Below, in pieces: positions 10,501 through 21,808 of a DNA stretch of 64,000 nucleotides. Location of the stretch: positions 64,001-128,000 of IMG/VR virus record IMGVR_UViG_3300028805_000060; one strand, given 5' to 3'. Numbering within the stretch: the stretch's first letter is position 1; each line of letters opens with the position of its first letter. The notes beneath the pieces are model-generated. The model was not told where the DNA came from. It saw only the letters and a list, made by a program, of their open reading frames with translations, and searched no databases. The translations under genes were made by a program, and so were the position numbers. The DNA is from a virus (Duplodnaviria > Caudoviricetes).

Positions 10501-11429
10501 AATAAATGTTGTAAAGTGAATGATTCTAATTTTAAACACGGAACATTAGTTGGCATTCGAAAATCATATTCTTCAATATTTTCTGAGAATGAAACCGTAT
10601 TTTGGAGACATGTATCAATTTCTTCTTCTGTTAAATTTGAGAATTTTAACATTTCTCTAATTTCATCTTCTGGCATTACATATGTATACTTGTAAAACTT
10701 TTCAGTTTCACGATCAGACGATTGTTTGCTGTTCAAAAAAGCTGAATGAATACCAAAATCTTCTTTATCTAAATAATGGCTATCTGTGGTAACAAGGTAT
10801 TTAACTCCATAATATTTAGCCATTTTTACAAGAATTTTATTAACAGTTGTTTGTTCTTCTGAATCCGATGGCTGTAATTCTAAGGCAAAGTTTTCTTGTC
10901 CAAAAACCTTAATTCCCCATCTTATAAATTGATTTGCTTCAGGAACTTTATGTGCTAAAATGTCGCAAGCAAGTTCTCCTCCTAGGCAGGCCGATTGTCC
11001 GAGAACATGACCAGGATTCTGACCAATTATTTCTTCTAGATCCGAATAGAAAGTAGGGCATCTACGAAGTCCTTTTTGAACATATGATCTTTTCCACGCT
11101 CTAGATGATAGTTCCTTTAATTGATTCCAACCAATAAGATCTTTTGCTAATAAAATGAAATGATAATAAACAGGGTTATTTTTATAATCCTTTTCATCTA
11201 TAAGATAAATTTCATTTCCAAAAATGATTTTAAAATCAGGATGCTCTTTTTTTATTTCATCTCGAGTTTTTAATGCTTGTATAGCTGAAGAGAGGCATTC
11301 GTGGTCTGTAATAGCAATTCCTTTATAACCTAATTCAATCGCTTTATAGATTAAATCCTCTGTTTTTATAATGCAATCAAGCATTCTTATATTTGATTTT
11401 TCAGTATGATTGTGTAAACTAACAAACAT
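7521..11429 (-). CDS. dnaE: DNA polymerase III alpha subunit (C-family, DnaE-type), 1302 aa
   Basis: PHP motifs SLHNHT, AITDH, TTDSHY; RGSAA, PDIDID, HASAV, KFDLL, GYSFN. Start moved to ATG 11429 (AGAGGTGG RBS) because the ORF-track start lies in the promoter. Confidence 0.95.
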   Translation of the reverse strand: MFVSLHNHTEKSNIRMLDCIIKTEDLIYKAIELGYKGIAITDHECLSSAIQALKTRDEIKKEHPDFKIIFGNEIYLIDEKDYKNNPVYYHFILLAKDLIGWNQLKELSSRAWKRSYVQKGLRRCPTFYSDLEEIIGQNPGHVLGQSACLGGELACDILAHKVPEANQFIRWGIKVFGQENFALELQPSDSEEQTTVNKILVKMAKYYGVKYLVTTDSHYLDKEDFGIHSAFLNSKQSSDRETEKFYKYTYVMPEDEIREMLKFSNLTEEEIDTCLQNTVSFSENIEEYDFRMPTNVPCLKLESFTLQHLLKDWYEEFPFIKEFAYSSVEQNRYLIYLIEKGIIEKNILITKDIASRINEELDVILYISGELKQDISAYLNLVQKIVNICWEVSFLGVARGSAACFLINYIIGITQVNPLDYDIPSFRFLNKARADALPDIDIDVSPDKTEEILKLLKEYFGEDNVLNCATFKTESLKAAILTVMKGLGYNNDDAQNLTSLVPSKRGITYTLKDCLEGDSEKGYEPVPGFENQLKKYPGVFEAVKKIEGLSMNPSIHASAVYIFTNGFLSQNSLMTAPNGTPITAFNMHDSDDMGALKFDLLRTEAESKLMKACELLLKDGTITWQGSLRETYNKYLHPSVLHYDNQEMWDNLNDNKYSDIFQLDTSVGKVGVNKMRPHSVAELSAVNGLIRLQVEPGDESPVDRYVRFKNNINLWYEEMDSYNLTENEKKILEKYVLDKYGVAYSQEDLMRILMDPGISSFSLKDSDKARKTVAKKHIDEIEALKEHYFSNPGGRQEFRQYVWDKMIVPQLGYSFNLAHGISYSLIALQELNLAYFYNPLYWQCACLCINAGNSIDSFSEDSDDEDEVEIDLNNKAENDASEEEDSSDEKKSKSTAPNYGKIAKAIDDAQHSGVKIELPNINTAEEDFIPDIKNFSIIYSLAAINVVSDSLYEDIIKKRPFSSIEDFLNRVSVTPVQMIGLIKAGCFDEVEKISRLFIIKKYLSILSENQFPVKAKLTTANIQKALNLGMNLEEYEIEIRFYKYKKYLDKECSDNQNRRYIISAELACKFFSNYIERSLNITKNEFGYLSDGSIWVKMSAFDRVYKEKIERLMSFLNTENGRQLFADFERNKFSEELFAKYCSGTESTWEMSTMSFYHSKHELAGTNNEYYNIWNFNELNENPSDDNTFYCAIAGTVTDSDKTKHIITLSTVYGIVSVKMYSNIFNIYNQKISSIDPATKKKVVIEQSWLKRGTKIIVYGFRRENMFVCRTDRSSNYPRTVGLIEDVHSDGTLEIRYRRRRN

Positions 11430-11460
11430 AATCCACCTCTTATTTAATACCTCTAATAAA

Positions 11461-11489
11461 ATTATAGATGCTTTTAGAACAAAAGTCAA
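11461..11489 (-). promoter_or_regulatory. sigma70/sigmaA-type promoter of dnaE
   Basis: TTGACT-N17-TATAAT. Confidence 0.8.
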
Positions 11490-11511
11490 TTAAAATATTA
11501 ATTATTAATAC

Positions 11512-11538
11512 ACCCCCCGAAGGGTTATTTCGGAGGGT
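11512..11538 (-). terminator. GC-rich hairpin, probable terminator
   Basis: ACCCTCCGAA-ATAACCC-TTCGGGGGGT downstream of the 11571..12017 gene. Confidence 0.5.
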
Positions 11539-11570
11539 AAAATGTTTTTAGATCAAAAAGTAATTAGGGG

Positions 11571-12017
11571 TTAATTTTTATCTTCTGTTTTTTCTTCAGG
11601 AATATTAATTTCTATAATGTTATCTTCCAAAGAATCATCTAAAGAAGGGCAAAACATAGAGAAATCTGCTTTAATACTATTTGAAATCTTAGAAGACAAT
11701 GTTCTTTCATATTTATGCCATGATTTATTACCATTTTTCCAAAAAATATGTTCATCGGCATCGATCATAACATTAAAATGCTTCCAATTATCTTCAATAA
11801 ATCTTCTAATACGCATCATTGTATAAAAATTGCAACCAAGAATATCTATACAAGCCCATTGTTTGTTTTCTTCAAGAGTATTCTTTTTTATAATATCATA
11901 AATACCAGAAGCTTGATAAAATTTTATAATACTAATAATAGGTAAATCTGTTGCTGATTCTGAATCCCAACGATATTTTGTTAATAAATCAAAATCTATT
12001 TTAATTTGTTCTTTCAT
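11571..12017 (-). CDS. hypothetical protein
   Basis: ORF track; GAGG RBS. Confidence 0.65.
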   Translation of the reverse strand: MKEQIKIDFDLLTKYRWDSESATDLPIISIIKFYQASGIYDIIKKNTLEENKQWACIDILGCNFYTMMRIRRFIEDNWKHFNVMIDADEHIFWKNGNKSWHKYERTLSSKISNSIKADFSMFCPSLDDSLEDNIIEINIPEEKTEDKN

Positions 12018-12025
12018 AATTTCCT

Positions 12026-13012
12026 CTAAAATTCAAAATTGAAATCGTTCTCTTTAAAAAACTCTTTTAGTATTTCATCGTTTTTTTCAATTCCTTCCCA
12101 TTTGTGCGCCACTTCCCAAACACGATGAGATCCTCCAGGTTTCCATAAGGAATAATAACAGCATAGTTTCTTCCCTTCTTCTGGCTGATCTGGATAAGTT
12201 TCACTAAATGGACAATAAGCACATAATGCTGAAGGATGAGGAATAAAATCTCGTTTGTCTATTCCTTCAAAGATTTCATTAATTTGTTGAAGCCCTTCTT
12301 CTACAAAATTAGGATTTAAAACAGGTTGTTTTACTTCACAAAAAGGTAGATCATAAGCACATGAAATATTTTTTATTGGTATATTTAACATCTTTGCAAG
12401 TGCATTACTATAAATAGCAAACTGTAATGGAATGTTTAATTCATCCTCATTAAAAGGTTTATCTTTAGTTTTTATATCTTCAATTAAATATTTACCATTT
12501 TCTTTATTATAGAAGACTCTATCAATTCTTCCTGAAATTACATTGTTATTTATATATTCAGTCTCAAAATAAACTTCGGTTCCATAAACTTCAAGTTGAG
12601 GATTCTCGTTTAAATACTTTTCTAGACGATAAATTCCTGTCTGTAAATATTTTTTAGCTTTATCTTCATAAGATATTCCTTGATTGTTCTTCTGATAGTA
12701 TTCTTTCGGGAATTTCTCGATAATTTTAGTAATACCATAAATTCCCCCTGTCTGATCTCATGGAGACGTTTTAGGAATATCTAAAGTGTAAAATTCTTCT
12801 TTAAGTTGTTCGTAATTGATTTCTTCATGATTCTTTATTCTCTTTGCAATTTGTTCTTCAATATAATGGACAAGAGTTCCAAATAAAGAACTTATTGATT
12901 CAGAAAAAAGAAAATGCTTGTCTTCATATGTAAGTTTATACTTCCATCCACAAGATTTATAAGTATTTAATTTAGAATAAGAAGATTTCGTTTTCTTTTG
13001 TTGCTTATACAT
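12026..13012 (-). CDS. PD-(D/E)XK Cas4/RecB/AddB-like exonuclease (code 4, 328 aa)
   Basis: joins ORFs 12758..13012 and 12026..12391 through a TGA; SYSKL..Y..C, FGTLVH, GRIDRV, EDIKT, QFAIY and CAYCP motifs. Confidence 0.85.
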
Positions 13013-13018
13013 AAGTAA

Positions 13019-13432
13019 TTATTCCTTCTTCTTTTTAGTATATCTTATTGAAGAGGCAATTTGTGAAACTTTACAACAACTTGTATATACATCAGGATAT
13101 TCTTCTTTGAGTTTTGTAGAATCTAAAGAAACTTTTACAGATTCTGGGACGAATATTATACGACCAAATTCAGTATCAACAGCTTGATTTCCTGTTTCTT
13201 GATATTCTTCTTGTAAAACCGTTTTTACTTTTGAGTCTATTTTTTCTTTTACTTTTGTCGCTTTATCTTTAATTTCAACTAATTTTGAATAAAAATTAAT
13301 AAAATCAGCACTAGATATAAGATCATAATCAGCCTCAGACATAAAAGTGTCTAAGGTTGATTCTATCTTTGCTAAATCTGATAAATCTTTCCCTGAAAAA
13401 AGGGTAATTTCTTTCTTTACATCTGTTGGCAT
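13019..13432 (-). CDS. hypothetical protein in the recombination module
   Basis: ORF track; GGAGG RBS. Confidence 0.65.
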   Translation of the reverse strand: MPTDVKKEITLFSGKDLSDLAKIESTLDTFMSEADYDLISSADFINFYSKLVEIKDKATKVKEKIDSKVKTVLQEEYQETGNQAVDTEFGRIIFVPESVKVSLDSTKLKEEYPDVYTSCCKVSQIASSIRYTKKKKE

Positions 13433-13441
13433 ATTGACCTC

Positions 13442-14461
13442 CTAAAAGTCAATATCTGCAGAAGGAATTCTAGAAGGATTTTGAGTTTGATTGTCAAAAG
13501 AGGCTACATTTTTATCATAAACTGCTTCTCCTGAAATTGCAGTTGATGTTGAAGAAGATGTATTAACATTATTAGATTTATTTTTTCGAGACATACTTGC
13601 AGCTTTAATTTTTTCTTCTCTCTTGAGTAATCTTTCTTTCATCTCTTCTAAAGAAATGCAACCTTTTTCTCCTTGATGAATAGGAACTTGTGAACCACCA
13701 TATATTCTACGTTCTCTAATGAATTTAGTAACATATTGAGTATCATAAGATCTACCAAATGATCTTGATTCCTTTGATTGTTCTCCTTCTTGTCTTTCAA
13801 CAAGACTAACGATATCTCCTGTTAAAGTAACAGTATCATTTTTTGCATAAGTCTTTGAAATAAAAGCAGCAACATTTTCTTCTACAGGTGCAATATATGA
13901 AATTTTTTGAGCTCCACCATCATAGGTAGGAACATAACCTTGTAAGATATATCTTCCTGTTTCTTTTCCATCTTCATCGAATTCTTTTTCAATTGAACTA
14001 ATGAAATTTTCAGTAGTGAAAGTAGCACATGGAACAAAATCAGATTTATCATTAGAAGTTCTGATTCCTCCTTTTCTACCTTTTAAAAGGATCATAGTTG
14101 TTTCTATCTCTCCTTCTCTCTTAGTAAATTCATCAAAAGAACCTGTAGCCCAGACTTTTGTAGCCATGCTTGAAGCAACAGCAAAATTAGCAGAACTATT
14201 TTCTTTTAAATATGAAGCAATACTAATAGTGTTATGAGGAAGAAGTTCACAGAGATCAGTATATTCTTCTGTTTCTTCTCCTTTCTTATTCTTTTGCTTC
14301 ACATAAAATTGAATTTTGTGACTTTCTAATTCGCTAGTAGCTATAATGATGGATCCACGGATAACATTTTCTCCGTCCGCATTTTTAACTTGTTCTAACA
14401 AATTTTCTTTTAAATAACCTACAACTCTAATAAAATTTTTTCTTGAAATATTTTCTTCCAT
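13442..14461 (-). CDS. probable single-stranded DNA-binding protein (tandem OB-like)
   Basis: two beta-rich repeats, low-complexity linker, acidic/Phe C-terminus (ADIDF); position beside the nuclease and dnaE. Confidence 0.55.
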   Translation of the reverse strand: MEENISRKNFIRVVGYLKENLLEQVKNADGENVIRGSIIIATSELESHKIQFYVKQKNKKGEETEEYTDLCELLPHNTISIASYLKENSSANFAVASSMATKVWATGSFDEFTKREGEIETTMILLKGRKGGIRTSNDKSDFVPCATFTTENFISSIEKEFDEDGKETGRYILQGYVPTYDGGAQKISYIAPVEENVAAFISKTYAKNDTVTLTGDIVSLVERQEGEQSKESRSFGRSYDTQYVTKFIRERRIYGGSQVPIHQGEKGCISLEEMKERLLKREEKIKAASMSRKNKSNNVNTSSSTSTAISGEAVYDKNVASFDNQTQNPSRIPSADIDF

Positions 14462-14504
14462 AACTTTGTTTTACTCTCCTTTCTAAAGTTTTGGTTGCAA
14501 AATA

Positions 14505-14533
14505 ATTATAGATTCATTTTTTCTTAGAGTCAA
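14505..14533 (-). promoter_or_regulatory. sigma70/sigmaA-type promoter of the SSB/nuclease operon
   Basis: TTGACT-N17-TATAAT. Confidence 0.8.
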
Positions 14534-14551
14534 GAAACTTTATAAAAAAGT

Positions 14552-14580
14552 AAAAAAAAGAAGGCACGTGGCCTTCTTTA
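14552..14580 (-). terminator. rho-independent terminator after the baseplate genes
   Basis: AAAGAAGGC-CACGT-GCCTTCTTT followed by a T tract. Confidence 0.75.
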
Positions 14581-14602
14581 GGTTGTATAATATATTAATA
14601 TA

Positions 14603-15850
14603 TTATCTTGTTAATGCTTTAATATTCTTAATATTACTAATTGATAGATTCATAGTCCCTGTATAATTTAAATTAAAAGATATACTTTGAATTATAAATC
14701 TAGCCATTTTTAAATCAAAGAACTCACAGTTGATTGCTATTAGGTTATTAACTTCAAGGAAAGGATTAATTAAAATATCAATAGATGTTGAACTTTTTAA
14801 AATTAATTGTGAACGTAATTCATAATCTGCTCTTTCCTGAGCTAAATAATCTGTTGTTATATTACTATCATTAATAATTTCCCCTGTTCGATATCCTATT
14901 CTTTGATAACATAAAGGAGAACCTGGATCATCATTAACGGCAATAGCTTTACATACCGCACCGTTATTTCCTGTCCCCATTACAATAATCTTGTTTATAA
15001 TTGAATTCAAATCAAATGAAAAATTTAATGTTTCAAAATCTGCTTTGTCAAAATTATATATTCCTAACAGCGGTTTGTCGTCATCTTGAGTAACTTCTCC
15101 GTTTGGAACAATAGTTAATTGACCAACAGAGTTATAGAAAATTTCTGCAGATATTTGAGTAGCTAAATCTAATAGAATACTCGCAAAGCTTTCTCCAGCG
15201 TTCTTTGAAATAGCAATCTGTGTTGTTTTTCCTTTGAAAGAAGAATGATATATTATTGGCTGAGGATCGAGAGGAGATCCCGATCCTGAGTCTTTTAATT
15301 TAATGACATTAATAATATCTTCTATGTCTGAGCCTGCAGGAATTTCATAACTTGTATCTAAAATTCCTGTTCGGTTCTCAAATAATGAAAATTTATCATT
15401 TGCTGAAATTTGAACCAAACTTTGTGATGCCGATAGTTGTGGATCTATTTTTGAGATAGTATAGATTCCTTTCTTAAATCATACGGTAGAATCATCAATA
15501 AGTTCTATTCCTAATTCAAAAGAAATTTTTGTTCCTGCTCATAAATTATTAATTCCAGGTGTATATTTATTCTCATTATTATATAAAGAAAATGATAGTG
15601 TCCTTCTTTGTCCATTTTGATAATTTTCATTATAAGAACCTGTTAATAAAATATCTTCATTTGGAATCTCATAATTAATTGTTTCATCATCAAAAAGGAT
15701 AAAAATCCTATAACGAACTGCAAAATAATTTTCCTTTATATTTTCAAGAAAATCCTCTAGATTTATCTTTGAATCTATATATTGACCATTTCTTTCTCAA
15801 GAATATGAAAGCACATCTCCACTTAAAAGATTAATAAGATTGTTTTGCAT
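14603..15850 (-). CDS. baseplate hub / tail-tip protein (code 4, 415 aa)
   Basis: ATG 15850 read through 3 TGAs into ORF 14603..15418; GQRRTLSF, DKFSLF, AQERADYEL and INPFLEVNNLI resemble hub-type tail proteins; lies downstream of the TMP. Confidence 0.65.
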
Positions 15851-15863
15851 AAGTTATTTTCTC

Positions 15864-18800
15864 CTATGAAGTCGAAACTGGAACCGTAATAGAAGTAGAC
15901 ATGTGAGTATAAATTGAATCACTTAAATCTGTAAGAGATAAGTTAAGAGAAATAGGAATGTTTGGACCTATCCAACGGAAATCTCCTTTATATTGAACAG
16001 GGTCTTGTTCATTACCCTCTGCATCTCAATCTACAGACAATCTAGAAGTAGCTCGTGTTCCAGATAAATTATCTTCCATAATTGCTTTAACAGGGAATTC
16101 AATTCCATCGTTTATATCTCCTCATGTAATTGGTAGAACAACAGTTATATGCCCGACATAAAGACCGTTGATACTTATATGAGGAGAACTTTCTGTATCA
16201 GCTTTAGGGTATCTATAAGCTACATCTTCAGGAATAACTTGACCTTTTACTAAAACAGGAGAAGATTGCTGAGAAGTAGCTAAAGAAAGACCATAACGTA
16301 AGCTCGTTTCTTGTGATACAGTATATGAACTATTTTTATCAATGCAAGGGACCTTAACATTGTCAGAAAAAGTACCAACTTGAGTCATCCCTTGATTAAC
16401 ATATGAAATTTTTAAATTAGAGGCAATCTTAGTTTGCGTTCCAACTAATGTAGGAATATTAATTACACAACTTTGTACCCAATATGGATAAATAACAGTA
16501 TGACCTTCAGCAAGAACAGGAGAAATACTAGAAAGTTTAGTTATAGATCCCACAGTTTCGTCTACTTGACAAGAACTTCCAACTGACACATTATTTAAAA
16601 CGACATCTTGATTATTTAGAACTCCTGAAGAAGTTGTTAAAATCCCTCCTAAGATGGCTTCCATAGTTATTCCATTTCAATTAGGGTAAATTACCTCTTC
16701 TGAATCAATTGAATAATATCGTATTGTATAATTTATTGTTTGTTCATCCTTTTGTAGACTAATTGAAGTGCCTTTTCTTTCAAATAGGTCATTGCAATTT
16801 AATACTGTAAATCTCTCTCCATTATTTTGTGTAAGACAAGATTCTTTGAGTAAATTATACTTCAAGCTATATTGATTTGCCAAATAATATCCTTGATAAG
16901 AGATTTTCCTATTAACTTCTGCTGTTTTAACTAATCCAGAACCTATTACTCTAGTTGTAGAAACAGTGATAGATGAAAAACTAAATTGTCTAATTATTTG
17001 TTCTGATGTATCTAAATAAGAAATGGTACCTCTCGAATTTCCAATTGATTGTAAACTCAAGATCTTTTTATTTGCATCACCATCTTTTAAATAATAAAAT
17101 ATAGGCCCCGATCCTGATCCTGTAGAAAGAGGTGAGGATGAAACAACATGTAAATTAACTGTTCTTTCCCCCGTCCCTGATAATGTTACTCCTGAAACAT
17201 ATAAACTACTTATACTAGAAGAATAAGGATAAGAGGCCCCCGCAATTTGAATTGAGCTATTGCTATTATCAAGGGCTTCACTGAATACTCCATATCTTTT
17301 ATTTGTTTGTGTTACGACATCTGTTTGTGGATAATTTTCCCCAATACAGAATAAATATGTCGCTGTATCTGCTACAGCATTTATTGTCCCAAAATTAATT
17401 CTTGCCTCTTGACTCTTTGATCCAATACAATATATATTGGTTTGTTGTCCATTATCTAGAATCATTTGAGCTCCATCAATTTCTAAATGATAACCTGAAT
17501 TAACAACAGCATATCCATACACCGTGTCCTCACTGAAAGTATGCCCACTTGGATATCCTCAAAGAACATTATTAGTATTAGCTAAATAAACTTGAGAAAT
17601 TCCTGTCCCTGCAGAAATTGTTAATCCTTGCATCTGAACACAAGAATAATTTTGATCTCCTCCTCCATTAGAAATAGTCATATCTTGGGTTATGTTTTCA
17701 AAATCTTTTCCCTCGTCCTCTCATCATTCTGAAGGGTCTATAAGATGATCTGCATCTGGTGTAATTTTAACTGTTAAATTACTGCCTTTTTTAATTAAAA
17801 GATCATTTCATCCTAAGTTTCTAAAATATGTTATTTCTTCTGAATTAGTTATTGGATCTACATAATTTACTTTAATATTGTCAACACCATCAATTAATTT
17901 TATTGATATTAGTGTGCCATTAATATCTTTTTTCCCATATTTAAACCAATTGTAATTACAAGAATTTCTTCCAGGGAGATTTCCTAATTCAGATCAGATT
18001 AAAGTATTATTTCCAACGGATTTAATTTCTTTCCATGAAAAATTAATAGTGTCAGGTTGATCAATAAATTTACTATAAGGAGTATTCGAGCTTGAGAAGA
18101 TTTGAACAATTCAACTTTGTCCTTTATTATCTTTCAATAATTTCGGATTCTTTGAAAATGCCATATTTCTTCACTGCTCTAACATTCTTATTTTTTCATT
18201 GGTAGATAATGGCCTATAAACACCATTTTGTAATCTTTCAATATATCCTAGAGATGTATAAGGAATGATTTCAGATCCCAATAAACAGCTTATATCTCCA
18301 GAAATATAATTTTTAGTTCCAAAGCCTACTTTTGAGTAACGGCCTAAAGTTTCGATTTCATTCTTAGAGAAATTCTGTGCTTGTTGCCCATATTCTGCAT
18401 TATATTTAAATACCCAAATATTGTTTAAATTCGCTTTAAACTGATTTTGAATTATTGGTAAAGTCCTATCTGTAGTCTCAACAGGAATTAATTCTGTAAG
18501 GCTCCAATATTGTCAAGAAGGAGTAAATATATCCCCTGACACGCTGCTGTGTTTAGCATCTATGTCCTTTATACCATACTGATTTACAGAAATATTATTA
18601 ATTTGAGTATAAAGAATATACTCATAAGAGTATCCACTCTTTATATTAAAATCTCGGAATGATTTTTCTGAAGAATTTATTATAACAGGTTCTCAATCTC
18701 CAATAACAAATTCTGTATCTAATGAATTAAAAGAATTTTTATATTGTTCTCATTGTCTTCTGTAAACAGAATAAATAATTTCTCCTTCATAAATCTCTTC

Positions 18801-21644
18801 CGTTGTAGAGTCCATAATATTAAATAATATTGATTGAGAATCACAATCTATTTCCCCTACTAAACGAATAGGTGTATCTCCTCCTGATGAAAAATAAACT
18901 TCAAAATCAATCGTCTTTTCTAAAATTTTTCCAAATTCATCTGTAACTAAAAGTGTAGCAGAATATTTATTTTTATTATCTAGTTGACTATTAGATAGAC
19001 CATAGAAATTAACTTTAATCTCTTTATCAAATTGCTCCCCTGTATCTTGGATTACTTCTCCATATGAATTCTTTAAAATCCATCTATAGGATTCTCAAGA
19101 CGCTTTTTGTTGTTGATGATATTCACCTGTAAATTCAATTCCTCTCTTGTCTACACTACCATATTTAAACGGAGCATAATTTGAGTCAATAGTTAAATAT
19201 CCTTGTTCATAAATAGAAAACGGGTTTTCATCACTGTGTTTGAAATAACTTCGAATTTCATATTTATAAGGAACATTTGGGTCATCAGGATCTTGAGAAG
19301 GTATAGTCCCTAAAGTTGAATCATAAGTTACTTTTCATATAGTTTTATCTAAAGAATTAATTCTGATTCATTGAGTTTTATTGTCTCCTTCTCCAACGTA
19401 TCCATTTATTAACTTAATCCTTTGCCCTTTTTCAATATACTGATATGGAGAAATCAAAACCTCTCCGTCCGTATTATGTAGTACTTCGGTGTCATATTTA
19501 TTATATTGAACAGTTGAACTAATAGACCAGCTTGTATTTAAATATTTATATACAGCCCCTGTATTACGCCCTTTTTTGATAGCCATGAAAGTATTATTGT
19601 CCTCTGGTCCATATGTTTTTGTTATTTCTCAGATGAGATTTTCATTTGTATCTAATACTGCTTTTAATAAATAGGCTGATGCATAATTTCACGTCCCTGG
19701 TTGACCGTCTCTATAACAAACGTAGCATAAATCTCCTAATTGAACTTTTATCCCATCTATTTTATCTGTTGGTAGCAACAAAAGAAGAGAATTTATTATA
19801 GGAAAATAAATAATTTGAATAGCATAAGCAACTGCACCTGTAACAGCATTAAAAGTGATTCTACCTAGCTGTTGATCTATTTGAATATTGGTAGTGCTCC
19901 CCAATATATCTTGGACATAAATATTATAGCCATCCTTTGTTGGTACATCAACAGTAACTGTTTGAGTTTGGAATGTTGCAGATATTCTTTCTCCCATTAT
20001 TATATCATAAAATTGACTAAAAGTATAAATATTTTCTGATTTATTATTGAAAAGAACAAGAGGGAGTTCTTCTATCCAATAGAGAGGAGAATCCGCAGAT
20101 TTATATTGAGATGAATTATCTGTATAAAATAAAGTCCCTCCTACAAAAGCTTGAGATTGATAATTTTTTCCTCCATTTTTTTCTCCTGAAATTATAAAAA
20201 TTACTTTTCCCAAAAAATCTCCTCATTTAGCATAGCTCCCAGATCTTTTCCATGGAGCATCTCTATCATAAATATAAATTCCATTCTCTTTTGGATCATC
20301 TTGGTCTTTTACTAAAATTCTTTCCCCATTTGACAGAGAGTATCCATCTATGGCTCCTAAGCCAGGATTTGTTGGAGATTCGTCGACATACAAATTAATA
20401 TTTGATGTTGTGGCACAAGAAACTTTATCATTATCTAATATATATTCAGGGTTATTGCTATATTTATAAAAACGAGCATATTTTGCAATGTTTACTTCAT
20501 CTAAAGACAATTCTCCTTCTCTTGGATAAACGTGTCCTAAAGTAGAATCATATGAATTCACATAAATTCTGCTTGACACAATATTCGAACTATTTGAATC
20601 TGAATCTTCTGTAAAAAGTTCCATCCAAGTTCCTTGAAGCACAACAGGATTTTCTGAAGAAAAAGTTGGAATCATCCAATTTGGAGTAATTTCATCTCCA
20701 AAATTTTTAGCAATTTGAATTCTTTTAGTAGTTGTTCCTAAAATTTTTCCTGAAGAAAGGGTCATATCAAATCAATCATTTGACAAATTATCATAATTAA
20801 TACGATGCTCAATGATTACTCCCTCTCCTTGGAACAATTCTATTGATCACTTGTATGTTTTATTTTCAGTAGAAAATTCTATCTTATTACCTAGAAAATC
20901 TTCTCAACCATATTCTGTTGTTTCTTTAAGAGCTGGTATTGAAGTTTCATTTTCATCATATTCATATACTTTCCCTCCATACTGACCGCAAAGAATTAAA
21001 ATTTTCTCTCCTTCTTCCATATCTGAAAAAGTTTTAACAGGAATGAGACATTTACCTTCTCCTACTTGGAATATTCCTCCTATCGAATTTAATTGAAATA
21101 TCATTTTTGGAACTAAGACTAGATCTCCTACAGATACTTTATCTTGATTATTATTTATATAACCATCCCATGAAGATTCTCCGTCAACAAAATATTCTAA
21201 TTGAGGATTCCCTTGTTGATTATAAACAAGTTGCCAATTTGTCGTATCTGCTAAAAAATAATTAGCTTTATAATTAACAGAAAAATATACTGCATTATAA
21301 GAATCTAATTTAGATTCAGAATTGATATTCTGAAAAAATGGAATATATAAAAAAGTTCCGTTAATTCCTGTATTTGAATCTTGTTCATAATCTTCAGGTA
21401 AAAAATTTTGAAGTTCAGATACTGGGCTTATATATTTGTCCGAGTCTTTACTTGGAAAAATTTCATTATTGTTTTCATCAAAAATATGGATTCTATAACC
21501 TGTTATATTTTTATTAGATGTATTAATTTTACATTTAAGCCATTCAATATTAGGAACATTAGGACTTCCTATAATTTCAGGTACAGTTCTAATATCAATA
21601 TTATTTAAGAATGGATAACAAAATGTTGGTTTGTAAACTGCCAT
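15864..21644 (-). CDS. large distal-tail/baseplate structural protein (code 4, ~1926 aa)
   Basis: six ORF-track fragments in one frame joined by ~22 TGA codons with no TAA/TAG until 15864; contains RILVKDQDDPKENGIYI and a Dit-like segment (PKLLKDNKGQSW...INFSWKEI); directly after the TMP. Confidence 0.75.
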
Positions 21645-21756
21645 ATATTGACCTCCTTTGTAATTTTGTTTTTCTGTGTTTATTCAACACTCTTTAACTT
21701 AAAAAGATATACTCTTTTTCTTTAAACAATATATCTGTCTAAATCAAAGAGTGTCG

Positions 21757-21786
21757 ACAGAGGGAATATGTATCCCTCTGTCTTTT
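21757..21786. terminator. hairpin after the TMP gene
   Basis: GACAGAGGGA-N-TCCCTCTGTC inverted repeat. Confidence 0.5.
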
Positions 21787-21808
21787 AATTCAAAATAAAA
21801 GATTACTT

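Noticed and set aside
7521-11429. Intein or intron in dnaE (and in nrdD)
   Set aside because: Frames are continuous, lengths are ordinary, and no C...HN-C/S/T intein boundaries are evident; only an acidic low-complexity insert is present in DnaE
11430-11489. ORF-track N-terminal 20 aa of DnaE
   Set aside because: Overlaps a consensus promoter; the RBS precedes ATG 11429
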